The notes under the pieces: model-generated
What the model saw: only the letters and a program-made list of their open reading frames with translations
Database searches by the model: none
Told to the model about the DNA's origin: nothing
Origin: Lingula anatina
Taxonomy: Eukaryota; Animalia; Brachiopoda
Assembly (NCBI GenBank): GCA_051362555.1
Contig: CM120644.1
Span: 20,792,534 to 20,856,533 of the forward strand
Direction: 5' to 3'
Length of the DNA: 64,000 nucleotides
Position numbers and translations under genes: made by a program
Shown: in pieces, positions 25,556 through 64,000 of the stretch
How positions within the stretch are numbered: position 1 is the stretch's first letter
How the letters are laid out: the number at the start of each line of letters is the position of its first letter

Positions 25556-28500
25556 TTCCATCTGTATGTCACAATGAACCTGGTTTCTTATAGGTACACA
25601 GATCAGAAATTGTTCAATCCTAAAAGCATAAGGGTAAACTTTTAGTACAAAATACTTCCCTTCATGCCAAATTCATCTACCTCATTTTCTTCATTCATTT
25701 TAAACACTATTTTCAAACTTTTTTGGAACATTTTGAAAGTTTTAGTTTTTCAGAAACAGGGTCCAAGACATTGATTCCTTCTCTGCTTGATGTAGATCAG
25801 TTATAAACTTATAGTGAAGACGAGAGGAGGGGAAAACAAAACAAACATTCCAAAAGTGATCTGTGATAGCTTCAGTATTTACTTTTTAACTGTAATTTTA
25901 GTGTCATTGCAGTGAGAATCAGGTTGTATATAATCATATGCATATGAAGTAGATGAAACGACTGCAGGATAGAATAAAATCAAGTAGGAAGTCAGTCAGT
26001 TTTAACACCTTAGTATTTAGTTCCTCATGAGTTGAGCACTGTCAATATGAAGAAGACTACATTATATATTTTGCATGTATATATGTGTGTGTGTGTTACA
26101 CATTTAGAAAGTTGTCTTAGGCATAATTTTACCTGCTGCACACCAGGCTGGAAAAACTTTTATGATTTTCAAACATGCAGCAATAACACAGACTGGTATA
26201 TTAGTGTACTTTATTCAGAGATTTTAATGTTCATGAATTCCCCCCCGATTTCGGGTGATTTTTTTGTTGGTTTGTGCATGTGCATTTTTACTGTACTTAT
26301 ACCATCCATTTTGTGGGTGAATTATGATATTGGATTGAATAGCATTGGACTAAGAAAAGTTCTTGATTTATTGAGATACCAAGTTTATTCACAATGAAAT
26401 ATAAACAATTCCAGTAATTTAAGTACCTGTACCCATTCAAAAAAATTGTAATATTTGGCAAGTATAAAAACTCAATTCTGACTCTCCATGGTCAACTCCA
26501 GCCTTACTTATATAGCACATTTTGCCAACTGAGGACTAATTGTTGATTGATCCTCACAACTCATTAGCATTCTATTGGCTAACAAAAAAGATATTTTCAT
26601 TATATTGCTATTTTGTAATAATAGTAATGTGTTTATCAAAAAACGTTGTCAATGGTTTTCTAGCATTAAAATGTGATGAAAGACTATGGACTGCATCAAA
26701 AATAAAGAGCTTAACAAAAGCAAATGAATTGTCCTGTAATATCTTAATACATCCTTCATCAATTGCAGAAAAATATACCAAAAAATTCCACAATAAACTT
26801 CCCCCTATTTTAACTGGCTAGACTTCAAAAGATCAATTTGAAAAATAGAAATACACATTTTGGATTGCACTGTCACAAATTTATTGAAAACTAAAAAGTA
26901 AATAGAAAAATGTAATACCCCTTCAAAGTCGATACAAGCAAACTAAGGCTAATAAGTGTACAGACAAATGCAGTTTCTTTAAAAAAATTCTAAATAATCA
27001 TTACACCAAAATAATAAAAACAAGACCAATACTTACACTGAGCAAAGCTATAACCCCCCTCCCCCCCTATGAATAATTTATGTAACATGTAGTGGGCTTC
27101 TGACAGTAATCTGCAGCACTTGGTATGGTTGTTAAATTTAACAATATGTATATATAACCCATAATGCTGGTAAAAATTTTAAAGCATTGCATGGGGTGTT
27201 TATATTTTTTGCACAGTGTATATTAAAAAAAGAAAAGAACAAAATACAAGTAAATGAAACAGTTTTAGCTTTAACGGGGTTACCAAGTTGATGAGAGAGC
27301 CAAAAGTTTTTTATTTATTAATTTGGGAGGGGGGGTGGATCTAAGGACAAATTGGATAATGTTAAGTTTCAAACTTGCCCAGAGTTCCAGAACAATTATT
27401 TACCAGAGTTTGCATCAAAATGGCAACACTGCTGCCCACTTATTGCAGTAAAAAGAAAAAGACCAAGTTCCCTGTCTGGCCATGCTGTCAGCCACTAGTG
27501 ACACCAGGATGTGCAGACACTGTGGTCTCGGTACCTTATTACAAATATAGTAGCACCACAAATAAATTGTTGCATACTGAACTGGCACTGAACAAAATGC
27601 TGACCAGTGGAAGATAAGCTAGATACTTCATAAAATTATTTTATCTTTCATATCTAAATGAACATTAACTTCTGGTTAACACACTAAAAAAAAAAATAAA
27701 AAAATAAAAAACTTGAATTGAAATTGAAAATATATAAATAAATGCCCTAATATTGCACAGGGCTCTTTTCTTTTCCACACTCATACACAACTATAAGTTA
27801 TCAACTATTCTCTTCTCCATCTACAATATCTTTTGGCACCTTTATATTGTGACTCTATAAGTATACTGACAGTCAATGAAAACGCATAATTTATTTATCA
27901 TTAATATTTTAAGTTCCTTTGGCACATTAAGAAAATGACAGTTTTCATGTGAAATATGACCCATTATTCAGTCACACAAGGTGAAATAAAGGTCAGAAAA
28001 GATCATTAAAATGCAAGGTCACGTGATCAAATCTCTTTGGTTCCGCCCAGCCTCCAGCATCCCCAGGGCCCGCAGTCGCTCTTCCAGTGTCAGACGTGGC
28101 ATCACAGAACTTTTTTGTCATGTGTCACTGTCATACTGAATTTGGTGAATACCTTTAACAGGCTTAATTAATCACTATAGTTTGAACCTGACTAATTCAC
28201 ACCAATCACAAGACAGGAAAATCACATTTTTGTAACAGCTGATCACAAAATCCAAAGAAACGGAAATTTTAAACATCCTAGTGGTCAGCCCACTCTCTTA
28301 TGACCAAACAAGTGCATTTGTACTCGTTTATATGGTTGGAATCAATTCTCGATACAAGAAAGTACAAGAAAGTTTTCTGATGCGTTTTCACTGACTGTCA
28401 GTATACATCTCTGCAATATATGAATAGCCATGCAGTAATGTAGAACTTACACATAAAAATATACGTAACTCTTTGAAGTTGCGATTCCAGGCATTTGACT

Positions 28501-28713
28501 AGAAAATTTTGATTATGACAAACCCTCCCATGCACATGCACCCGATACCTTCATAATATGAATAATGATGATAATGACAATTTAAAACATACACCCATGC
28601 CCTTCATCATGGAATACATCTTTAACCAAATACATATGCAAAAACATTGACCGATCATTGATCCATTTTGAGGCTCTTCAAGTCCCCATGGACAGTTTAT
28701 GCCTGTGTGTTGT

Positions 28714-31700
28714 TTATCTTTTCAACATGTCTGGCTTCATGTGGTTGACAATGGGGTCCCTCTGCCTCTGGATCACCTGCAGGTGGGATTTATCCACTTT
28801 CTTCTGGTGTTCAAATATCAACATGGCCAGTTGTGAGCTGCTGGCCAGTCCCTCGGCACGGCTGCGCAGGCAGCGCTGGTACTGTTCCTGGGCAAGGACT
28901 GGGTTGCAGATACGCTGACGATAGCGGTGCTTCAGGGCAGGTTCCACAGCACGGAATATGTGCAATTTTTTCTCCTGCACAAAGAGCTCAAACAAGTCCA
29001 TCCTGGCCAGTTCCTTACTCGTCTTATTAGAAGAACAACGGATAAAATCTGAGTTGTAAAAGCTGGCATGGTCAAATGAATGGACATCAAAATGACCAAA
29101 ATTTCTGTTAATGTCAATCACAGTTGGGAAAGGCTTCTCCTCATAGATTAGGTTAGGTTTATATTGATAAAACCCCACAGGAAAGAACACCTGCCAGTTA
29201 GCTATGGTGTTCATCCTGACTCGATTCAGAAAGTCTATGGACAGTTCCATTCCTACAGTACACATCAACAGTATAGAGTCTGGCTTAAACTTTCTTGATA
29301 TAGCCTCTATGATGGTCAGCTGTGTGGGGCTGCTGGTCCGTAGACTTAAAGAGGTTATCTTGGCTCCATTCTGATACTTGTTTTCATAGTATGTGATCAT
29401 AGATTTCAGCACACTAAAGCTGTCATCTCCAGCCTCTGCTGGGTCGTAGATGAACACAATCAGGAGATCTGTGTTGTCGCCAGCATCCAGGCACGTGTGA
29501 GCATAGGAATCTAAAAAACTGACCACCCCATCGCGGTCACTGGCCATTATAGGTAAAATGAGATTGACTTTAGAATTCTCGGTTACATATGGCATAGGAA
29601 TGATTTCAAGCAAGCTGAGAGGACGAACAAGATGGACCCTACGCTGGTAAATTTTATCGTTGTTTTCTGGTGATGATGTATCCTTTAATTCCAGGTCAAG
29701 TGTGTACTCCATGCCTCTGGAAGGGTCGAACCTGCGGTACCCATTGACCAGCCTGTGGTAGGTGAACCTGTTGTTGTGTTTCTGGTTCAGTTTTGTCATT
29801 GCTGTCTTCAGAATGTCGGCAACATCTTGCTTATCAATTCCTGGAAAGGATGAAAAGGTCAAATTAAATTAAGTTTATAAGTTTAGTACCCCTTTGTTTC
29901 TTATATTACTCCCCTTTTTATCACCCTGTAGTTAGGCAGAGTTTGGATTTCTGATTTAGGTCCATACATTTAGTGTAGAAATTTCACATACATTAGACAA
30001 ATATAATATGAGCCCTTATGTTACCTTTCAGTTCTTCCACAGTGCTGAAATCCCCCTTCAAATAGATGTGTTTCTCAGTGAAGTAATCCCAGCGCAGCAC
30101 ATCATATCTGTTCTTGGGACGAAATGGCTGCTGAACACCTGAAAATCAGCAGAATGTGTTCCATGTGACCAGACACTGAGAGTGTGTGTTAGACTGGACT
30201 AAACTGATTGATTCACGTGTGAGAACATTGCAGGGAATCAAATACTAAATGAAATTTTTGTCATATCACTGTAGTTTGCATTAACATGTATTGTGATTTT
30301 ATGGAATTTGTCTTTGGATCACAAAAAGCTTAACCTACAGATTTATTAATCTCCAAAGGCCAAAAAAATAGAATTTGAAATAAATAACTTACCAAATATT
30401 GAAAATAAATAAAATCATAAAAAATGATTGTAACCAATAAGCTTACCTACAGGCCAGCCAGCATGCTCATTAGGGTCGGGGGTCAACCGACTTATATTAA
30501 TGATGGATTTCTGTAGAGCATCTATCTGCTGCTTTGTCTCATTATACTCCAACTGGCAGAAATACCTGAGACACAATGATTCACAATACATGTAAATAAT
30601 CTTATACCACCATGGCTTTAGATAAAATCATTTACTGGCTTTTAAGCTGGTTGTTTTGTCTGCTAAATTTATAGAAGTATTTACTAACTTACTGGACCAG
30701 TGTGACATCCACTCAATGTCCATTATGTATAGAAAGCATTCTAAGAACACGATGAAGTATCTGCACACTTCTGTGTACAACAAATACTGCTTAAAAATAT
30801 TAACCATAACAAGTCTTAAACTGATGTAAATCAGTACCTGTGTAGTTTGTACATGGTGATATCATCCTGCACTGTGCTTACAGTAAGAGCTTTGTTAAAT
30901 GAGTCCGTTTTTCTCAGGTCATCTATTTCTTTGTCAAAATCCAAATCTTTATTAGCCACATATCTATATTCTTTACCCTGGAAATATAACAGATTGTTCA
31001 AGATATAACTAAGTGACTTTATAACAGGGCAGATATGTTCAAGCACATTCTTGTCAGTAAGTGATACAATGACCTTCTACTGGGAGTGACATTGGTAATT
31101 CACACCCCTGAATGAATTCATTGCTGCTCAACTGCAAACAGGTTATTTACAATTTCAGAAAATCATTCTGCAGAATTTCTGGATTTCTTTTTTGCAACTG
31201 CCATAAAATGTCCTTTTTCCCTTTTACCCTGTGTAAGAACACTGCCCATTGAGTACAAGCAATTCATTTCTATAACCATACACTAGTAGTAATTGTGGAG
31301 TGGACTTACCAGTATCTGTGCTGTACACTTCTGGTCAGTGGAGTGGATGATACACCTGCCCAGGTTGTCTGCGTGTTCAGAGGCCAGCGCATTCTGTGCA
31401 CACCACTCCAGGTTGTCGACCACACTGCTCAGCACCGACTGAAACACAGGGAAATAAACATGTCACTTCTCATTCCTTAAGTCTACACACATAATTTTAG
31501 GCTGCTTCCAACACCAATATTTTAATGTAAAATGAGTCTTTTTTTCAATTTGGCAATTTGCTTGTACCCACCCCTATAAACATCAGTGAGTTAAGACACT
31601 AAGTTTGTACCAGCCCCTATAAAGAGCCAGGTGTTATGGAATCAGCACAGCTGATTGACTGAGGCATCTCTACCTGTACCAAATATCTTTAAAGTGCTAT

Positions 31701-32910
31701 CAACTTGTCTTTCTCCTAGATGACTGAAACAGTTTTCAATACAAGCAGAGCACTCAGCCTTTAACTGTGTACTTTACAATACTGAGAACAATGACATGAT
31801 ACATTTATATTGTTGCCAGTCCTGGAGACCTCTTTAAGAACAAATATTGACTTCACATGCTAAGTACTCTCTTATAAAAAGCTGATACCTATCAAGGGTT
31901 CCGCCCAAGACATTAAATGTTAAGGCACTACAGTGCTGTGGATATTTCAACTTCATTTCCCCTTTTCATTTTATTCAACTGGTAAGAGATATCTGTGCAA
32001 GAGGCTACGAGTAGAATTGCAAAAAAAAAAAAAAATTCCAAAATCATTTTTTTCTCTTCTGTAATAAATCAAAATTAGAATCATGTACAGTGGTTATAAT
32101 CTATTTCCTAGCCCTCAGTAAATAATTAAAAAAGTTAAACTACAAATCAACTTATTTCTCCTGTAGCTTAAACTAGCCACACACCTGTGAGATTACCACT
32201 CCGGCAGCCAGGCTACAGAACACATGCTGTGGGTCAAGCTGACCTATAGGCTGACCAAGGTGGACATGGAGACTCATACTGATATCACTGACAAAACTCA
32301 ACACCTTCTCACCGCGGACATATGTCTTGTCAGGTATAAACATGTAGTAATCAAAATTGTTCCCATAATGATCATAGACATATTTCAACATGTGAAAAGG
32401 TTTCAGCTTTGTGCGTCCGTCTGGGAAACTGACGATGGCCATTCCAGTTGGTATTTTAGGTCCTCTTCTATCCATAAAGAATACAAGTTTTGGCACGTAA
32501 TGTGCAAGTGTTTTGTTTACCGCTACACCAAGAGAGTTGATGCTGTCTTTTGTGGTGATAACTCCAACAAATAGTTTCTCTCTGATGCCAAGTTCGGTGC
32601 TGGCATATCTTGGTCGAATTAATCTTCTTGGTCCATTTGCAGCAACAGCGTGTTCCTCGTGAGGTCTTAATTTTGGTTCAAAGTCATCTGAATTGCTGTA
32701 ATCGAAATTAAGTTTTTCATTTAACGATCTGCCAGGACCAAGATGATCCGATTTAGCAGAATGTGGGAATTTTTCCATCTGACCCCCATGCAGATCGCAG
32801 CTTTCGTCAAAAGCTGGGGCAAATAAAAGACTGAAAAATATGCCCAAACACAAACCTCCTGTGATAGGCATCATGGCCTTCAAACAATGCAGAGCCTTCC
32901 TTACCACCAT
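28714..32910 (-). CDS. CHPF: Chondroitin polymerizing factor / chondroitin sulfate synthase 2
   Basis: Exons 32910-32185, 31438-31310, 30977-30838, 30565-30447, 30138-30025 and 29840-28714 total 2355 nt (784 aa), and phases fit. N-terminal TM anchor plus motifs RPRYASTELGIREKLFVGV, WPVGV..PFRPKNRYDVLRWDYF, NGYRRFDPSRGMEYTLDL, IIPMPYVTE and FLNRVRMNTI.NWQVFFP. Confidence 0.93.
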
Positions 32911-33051
32911 GGTGCTGATCGAAGGAATGATCTGAAATAAACACCCGGGTTCACTTGATGAATTTTGATGCGAGATCTAGCCTTCCATCTTGAAAAATTC
33001 CCGTCATGCACCTAATCTCATTTTTTCTCGTGAAACATCCAATAATCCAAG
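32911..33051. promoter_or_regulatory. Bidirectional promoter between CHPF and PSMC5
   Basis: Only 141 bp separate the divergent start codons. A YY1-type CAAGATGGCG overlaps the PSMC5 ATG, and CpG is locally elevated. Confidence 0.7.
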
Positions 33052-42021
<8,970 letters not shown>

Positions 42022-42452
42022 AGAAGAGACTGAAAATGAGATGCCTAAGTTGTACAACAGCAACAGAATAGTAAAGAACGTCTGTGAAGATTTCCAATTT
42101 ACAAGCAGACTTGTACAGTCCGTTTTACTTCTTCAGGATTCATTGTAAAAACCTCCACTGTGTTCACGTCTGTGCAGAGGGCAATGTGGGTCTAGTTGGA
42201 CATATAGAGGAGGGCTGTTCATGCATACATTAATGCTGTACAACTAGACGGGACTTTGGATAGGATAGCAGCAGGTTTTGTAATACTGTCAACAAGGGGC
42301 ATACAAGGAGGAAAATATTTATGTAATTTTGTAAGACTTAATACTGTGTTTTTTGGGTGAAATCGTAGCAATTTTGTCAATCCAAGGGAAGGACTTGTGA
42401 GCTAAACAACTGTTGTTTATATGATGCTAATTGTAAAGATACAGCACCCATG

Positions 42453-42458
42453 AATAAA
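42453..42458 (+). terminator. Likely polyadenylation signal of PSMC5
   Basis: AATAAA ~430 nt after the stop codon, followed by a GT-rich stretch (GCTGTTGTTGTATGT). Confidence 0.5.
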
Positions 42459-44272
42459 ATGTATAATTGTAAGGAGAGTGCTGTTGTTGTATGTAGTTGA
42501 CCTGACCTCCAGTTAGTTTAGGATATTACCAAATTCAACAGACATGGGGAAAAGTTTGTAGGTACTCTAGGTCTGTAGGACCCACGCTGCAAGAAATCTA
42601 CAGGTTCTGGCAATTATGTGCTGGTCCAAAATAAGAATTTTGTCCGTAATTCTTTTACATTGTGAATAATTTTAATGTATTTTCACAAAAACCTTGCCAG
42701 TCCAGAGAACCTGCAATATCAAACATTGTGCAGGTCTTCTGCATTTAGTGTGGTCATGATGTGTGAAAATTCTCACAGGTTATTTCAGTTAACCTCATCC
42801 AGATGTTACCAAATTCCCCTGAGATTATTCCCACTTTCAGTTGATCTCTTCCAGTTTGTTCAGTTGCTGTTAGACATATTACACATTGTCCAACATTAGA
42901 TACAAATGTTAATGACATTTTAAAAATACTAAATCTCCATGGTAGAAAATTTCATTTTTATTCTCTATAATCTTTTTTTTTAATGTAAAATTCTATTTTG
43001 TAACAAATCTCTGACCATTTATTAACAAACAAAATCTTTATATCTGAAGTGGGATGAGTAAGACAAAACTGAGAGGACCTTCCATCTTTAAACCCTGCAA
43101 AGAAATTGTCAGTTCATGATCTTGGCTAGTATTTGTATTTGCGTCCTTAAGTATGGTAAAAAAAAAAAAAGGAAAATTAAAAACATCCTGAAGTCTAATC
43201 TTTGTAATCTGGTTGAGAAGGGGACTACAAGAAACCATAAAAATTATAATCATAGTTGCATGCCCAATATTACATTCAGTTTGACAGCGTGAGATATTTA
43301 TCTAGCTTGTAGTCTGTTAGTCTGTCTGTCTTAGTCCTATAAAGCTGACAAATGAAGACAAATCAGTTTAGGCTGCTGTGCTTACGATTCCTGCAAGGCC
43401 TATTTGCACTATTAACCAACACCAGTACCTTCTAAACAAAGACTAACTGTTCATGTTTAATGCATTCTCAACTTTGTTGTTGATAAACTACCATTAAGTG
43501 TCAAGTGTTTGTTTTATTATTTTCAGGATACAATGCCACTGATTGAAAGTTGCCATATTCTAAGCAATTACTGAACCTGCATGAACATTTATGAGTAAAA
43601 AAATGACAAGATCCAACAGACAGATTTATATTAGTTTATATTTATCTGCTTTGGCATATCCATCTTTTTCTAACTGCTTATGTATGAACAGGGTCAAAAT
43701 ATTTAGAGTGTAACACAGCAAATGAAAAAGGTAAAACATCTACCACTGAATATATGCTAATTTTCTTACAAAAACACCAATATAAACAACAGTCAGCTAA
43801 TATTCACATGGTTACATCATCATGAATGGAAAATAATATAATCCTTTTAGACTGAGAGCACATGCTTTCTCCTAGTCTTCAGGTCTGCCAAGCTCGATGC
43901 TATTCTTTGCACATCAAGAGGATATGGTGTTTCAGTTAAACTTGCTGTTGCATAGCAACTCGTCTCAGGCTCTCACCTTCCACAGTGTCAAATACATTAT
44001 CAATGAAATATTCAACCTTCAAGGCAAAGTCAACCAAGTCACTGTCCCTGCTCCAATCCTCAGCATGCAACACATACTTTAAAAGTCTTCATATTTCATG
44101 ATTGTTTAAAATAACCAAAATATCAGTTTCAGATGAATAAGTTAGTGTAGTTATTATCCTTCCCCCACACTCAGGTTGTAGAGGAGGTTGTTCACCATGG
44201 GCAGTGCTATGCCTGCAGACCACTGTCTCTTCTCTCTCTGACAGATAACACAGTATCTCTGGGGGACATCCC

Positions 44273-60216
<15,944 letters not shown>

Positions 60217-60517
60217 GATTGTTTCACATGGTCTACGGAAGTAAAAGAGAAAGCGTAATTTTGATTCGATAAAATATTCATTTGCAGAATCAAGTTTTTA
60301 TTTTACTATAATACCTTGAAATTTAATAAGTTGTTATTTTTAAATAAACTGAAAATGATTTAAGTTTACAAGATTTTTTCCAGGTTTCGTCTGCGGTCTA
60401 AGTTCATTAAAGTACGCATGCGTAGTTTACATGACAACAGTCACTTCGCTTCCTGTCTGTGTGGACTCTGTTGAATTAAATATTTCTTAAGTAAATCTGT
60501 CTAAATCAAAAAGAAAA
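60217..60517. promoter_or_regulatory. Bidirectional promoter between NMT and calaxin
   Basis: 301 bp separate the divergent start codons. Contains an ETS-like CGGAAGT near 60236 and the palindrome TACGCATGCGTA near 60413. Confidence 0.6.
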
Positions 60518-62313
60518 ATGAGCAAGGTAACGATGACAAAGAAGGAGATCCAAGCGCTTTCTGAGAGGTTATCCCATTCAACGGCATGTAAGCACTACAC
60601 TGGATTGATTAAACATTTATTTTAGTTTAAGTGTCTGTAGCCTGGGCATGGAAAATTGGCACTGGCATACTCAAATACTGCAATTGACTTAAAAAAACAG
60701 TATTATTAACAGTTCACCAGGATTATCACTAGTAGTATTAGTAGTATGACAAGTCACACTGAGTGTGCAGTGTCAGCACCCTAGTTAGTCGATAGTGAAG
60801 TAAGGTAAATGGTAGTGTTATCCGTAGAGCTGAGTGTGATCAATTGAAATAGAGAAGTCATTAATGATGATGTAATTAAACTGAAACTGCAAAATAACTC
60901 TGGAACTGGGATTCAGGAATAGATTATACTACTCTGAATTTTACTTATTTAGTTTAGGATAGAATTATGAAACATGATCAGAACAACTTAGAAGTATACA
61001 TGATTGTTACAATTTTATTTCAGACAATAAGTATGAAGTTGAAGTCCTTCTCAAGAGCTATTTTCATGAGAAAAATAAGTACAAAATGGACAGAGCTGTC
61101 TTCAGGGAAATTATATCAAATCATTTTGGATTGAGAGATGATTTGCTTATGGATAGAGGTAAGTTTGTTTGTGCAGTAATGGTTACCAACAGGTGGTATT
61201 ATTACAGTTTATGACAAGCTACTTGTCCAGCTGTAGATGACACATTACTTTCAGCATTCTCCCAGTTCTGTCTGCCAGTAGGCACTTTGTGCATTGGCTG
61301 GTAAATGGAAGGGCAAACCAAACTGCACCATACTTCAAGCTCTTTTTCTTTTAACCACCATATACTCATGTACTTATACTTTTATGGTCCAAGTCACCAC
61401 TGGGCTCCATAGAAGGTACTCATACCCCTTGCTGGAGCCTGCTACAGTATGTTGTTTCTCTTATCAACAATACCATTATTTATTCAGACTTTTGTTTGTA
61501 ATTTTCAATGAAAAAAAATATATTCCATGATGTCTAGGCGATTAAATCTGTGAGGCAAATGCAAAGTCTGCTTCCTAAAGATGCCTTGCTAATCACACTG
61601 GTAATATACACCTACTAGAATTACATTTTTAGGCATTGCATTTTGTTTTCAAATGAGTCATTAGCCAGTGAATTTCATTAGTTCTTGGTGTATTATTTTA
61701 CAGTCCAGTTTTCTCATTCATAACTATATTCATAACTCTATTCAACAGCAAACATTTTTTTGAACATGTTTGTTAGTTTATGAACATGATTAGTGTACAT
61801 ATAGAGATGGCAAATCACTAAAAGCATTATATGCTCATCTAAGATAACTTTAAAATGTAACTAATTAACTAATAAATGTAAATTCATAGAGTACGTAGAT
61901 CTTGAATTTTTTCAAACTGAGCTGTATGTTGCCTAACATAGCATTAATTACATATTGACTTTTTTCCAGTGTTTCGTACTTTTGATAAAGATAACGACAG
62001 TTTCCTGAACATGGAAGAGTTTGTGAATGGTATGCACATACTGACGCGGGCCTCAATGGAACAGAAGAAAAGCTGTAAGTATAGGGCAAGGTTCATGCAG
62101 ACGGGAGGCTAGCAAACATGTGTCTTTCTACTAATTTACATACATCAGTAACAAAACTGTCATCAGTCAAATGTCATTAAATTTCAAATTTTCAAGTGAA
62201 TATCTTTTATTTTTCATATACTTCTAGATTGTTTTAAAGTCTATGACTTGAATGGTGATGGGATTATATCCAGAGAGGAGATGTTCCAGCTGCTGAAACC
62301 CACCTTACTCAAG
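60518..62313 (+). CDS. EFCAB1: Calaxin / EF-hand calcium-binding domain protein 1-like (3' part beyond window)
   Basis: Exons 60518-60587, 61024-61158, 61970-62074 and 62228-62313 are in phase. Translation includes MDRAVFREIISNHFGLRDDLLMDRVFRTFDKDNDSFLNMEEFV...YCFKVYDLNGDGIISREEMFQLLK, which has two EF-hands and the calaxin DD..MDRVF signature. No further exon was found before base 64000. Confidence 0.85.
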
Positions 62314-63348
62314 GTAACTACACTACATCACCTTACTCAAGGTAACTACACTACACCACCTTACTCAAGGTAACTACACTACATCACCTTACTCAAGGTA
62401 ACCACACTACATCACCTTACTCAAGGTAACCACACTACACCACCTTACTCAAGGTAACCACACTACGCCACCTTACTCAAGGTAACCACACTACGCCACC
62501 TTACTCAAGGTAACTACACTACATCACCTTACTCAAGGTAACCACACTACGCCACCTTACTCAAGGTAACCACACTACGCCACCTTACTCAAGGTAACCA
62601 CACTACACCACCTTACTCAAGGTAACTACACTACATCACCTTACTCAAGGTAACTACACTACGCCACCTTACTCAAGGTAACCACACTACGCCACCTTAC
62701 TCAAGGTAACTACACTACATCACCTTACTCAAGGTAACCACACTACACCACCTTACTCAAGGTAACCACACTACATCACCTTACTCAAGGTAACCACACT
62801 ACACCACCTTACTCAAGGTAACCACACTACATCACCTTACTCAAGGTAACTACACTACATCACCTTACTCAAGGTAACCACACTACATCACCTTACTCAA
62901 GGTAACCACACTACGCCACCTTACTCAAGGTAACCACACTACATCACCTTACTCAAGGTAACCACACTACGCCACCTTACTCAAGGTAACCACACTACAT
63001 CACCTTACTCAAGGTAACCACACTACGCCACCTTACTCAAGGTAACCACACTACATCACCTTACTCAAGGTAACCACACTACATCACCTTACTCAAGGTA
63101 ACCACACTACATCACCTTACTCAAGGTAACCACACTACGCCACCTTACTCAAGGTAACCACACTACGCCACCTTACTCAAGGTAACCACACTACGCCACC
63201 TTACTCAAGGTAACCACACTACGCCACCTTACTCAAGGTAACCACACTACGCCACCTTACTCAAGGTAACCACACTACGCCACCTTACTCAAGGTAACCA
63301 CACTACGCCACCTTACTCAAGGTAACTAAACTACGCCACCTTACTCAA
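62301..63348 (+). repeat. 28-bp minisatellite x37 spanning the calaxin exon 4 donor
   Basis: Unit CACCTTACTCAAG|GTAACYACACTACRY. The first copy is the real exon end and donor. Confidence 0.95.
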
Positions 63349-63670
63349 AACTCTGCAAATGTTGTAAATTTCTGAAAATTTCAATTTACTTTTAATTTTT
63401 ATTCATTTTTGAATATAGTAATATTTAGATTTTATTACAAATTAAACAAGAAAATGCAAGTTGTACTGGCAGCATATTTATTCTATCTAAATCTAACTTT
63501 GTTTTACACTGCATTGTAATTGCATAAATGATTGTCATATTTTTTAGTCTATTTCAGTAGATATCTGATAATAATGTAACTATCTTTTCATATAAATAAA
63601 TAAAACAATGTTAACATATGCTTAAATATGCAAAAAAAAAAAATAGAAACAAAATAAAGCAAAAAAAAAA

Positions 63671-63753
63671 GTCACACGCCACACCAGGGCTCGAACCCGG
63701 GCCCTCCCACTTACAATACAGAGTGACCACTTTACCGCCTGAGCTTTGCAGCC
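63671..63753 (-). ncRNA. tRNA-derived Pol III unit (SINE head or tRNA pseudogene)
   Basis: Sequence GGCTGCAAAGCTCAGGCGGTAAAG...CCGGGTTCGAGCCCTGGTGTGGCG has an A-box-like motif, a B-box, an intact T arm and a partial acceptor stem, but no proper anticodon arm. A T10 tract follows. Confidence 0.55.
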
Positions 63754-64000
63754 TTTTCATCTTAAGTTAGGCACTAAAGGTTATTCGTGCCGAGTGCACA
63801 TCGTGTAAACATGCCTTTTGCGCACCACACGCATTCGTTGACCTGGGAATACATATAATTTTTCCTTTTCTGGCCACACTTTTACACTAATAACTGCAAA
63901 TTGAACATCTCAATGGCCTAAACGAAGCAACCGGATGACATATGATGCTTACATTTACCCCTTTATAACACCTACCTCGTCTCAGAAAATGATTTTCACA

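Noticed and set aside
25232-27000. SECIS element that would make TGA 1896 a selenocysteine codon
   Set aside because: No ATGA-N11-13-AA...GA stem-loop was recognisable by eye, and the TGA lies in a non-conserved low-complexity N-terminus.
28658-29030. Plus-strand ORFs over CHPF exons (also 32224-32574, and antisense 41438-41668 over PSMC5)
   Set aside because: They are antisense shadows of real coding exons.
62301-63348. CRISPR-like appearance of the 28-bp and 34-bp arrays
   Set aside because: Units are head-to-tail with no unique spacers, there are no cas genes, and the context is eukaryotic introns.

Overview
This is intron-rich, AT-rich eukaryotic DNA, probably from a marine invertebrate (lophotrochozoan-like repeat content; the species cannot be determined from the sequence). 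I reconstructed five spliced genes by hand from GT-AG junctions with consistent phases. They are a TMEM272-like membrane protein (+, start uncertain), CHPF/chondroitin sulfate synthase 2 (-, 6 exons, ~784 aa), PSMC5/Rpt6 (+, 11 exons, ~405 aa), N-myristoyltransferase (-, 14 exons, ~548 aa) and calaxin/EFCAB1 (+, runs off the window end). CHPF/PSMC5 and NMT/calaxin are tight head-to-head pairs. Introns carry three families of non-autonomous Helentron-like elements (HINE/DINE-type), including a ~19.4 kb nested pile that fills one intron, plus RTE/RTEX LINE fragments, MITEs, a tRNA-like Pol III unit and several minisatellites. The most unusual signal is that four independent tandem arrays in three genes (63, 51, 58-61 and 28 bp units) are built from the exon-intron junction itself, producing runs of up to 37 copies of a splice site. 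All family assignments come from motif recognition, not database searches.
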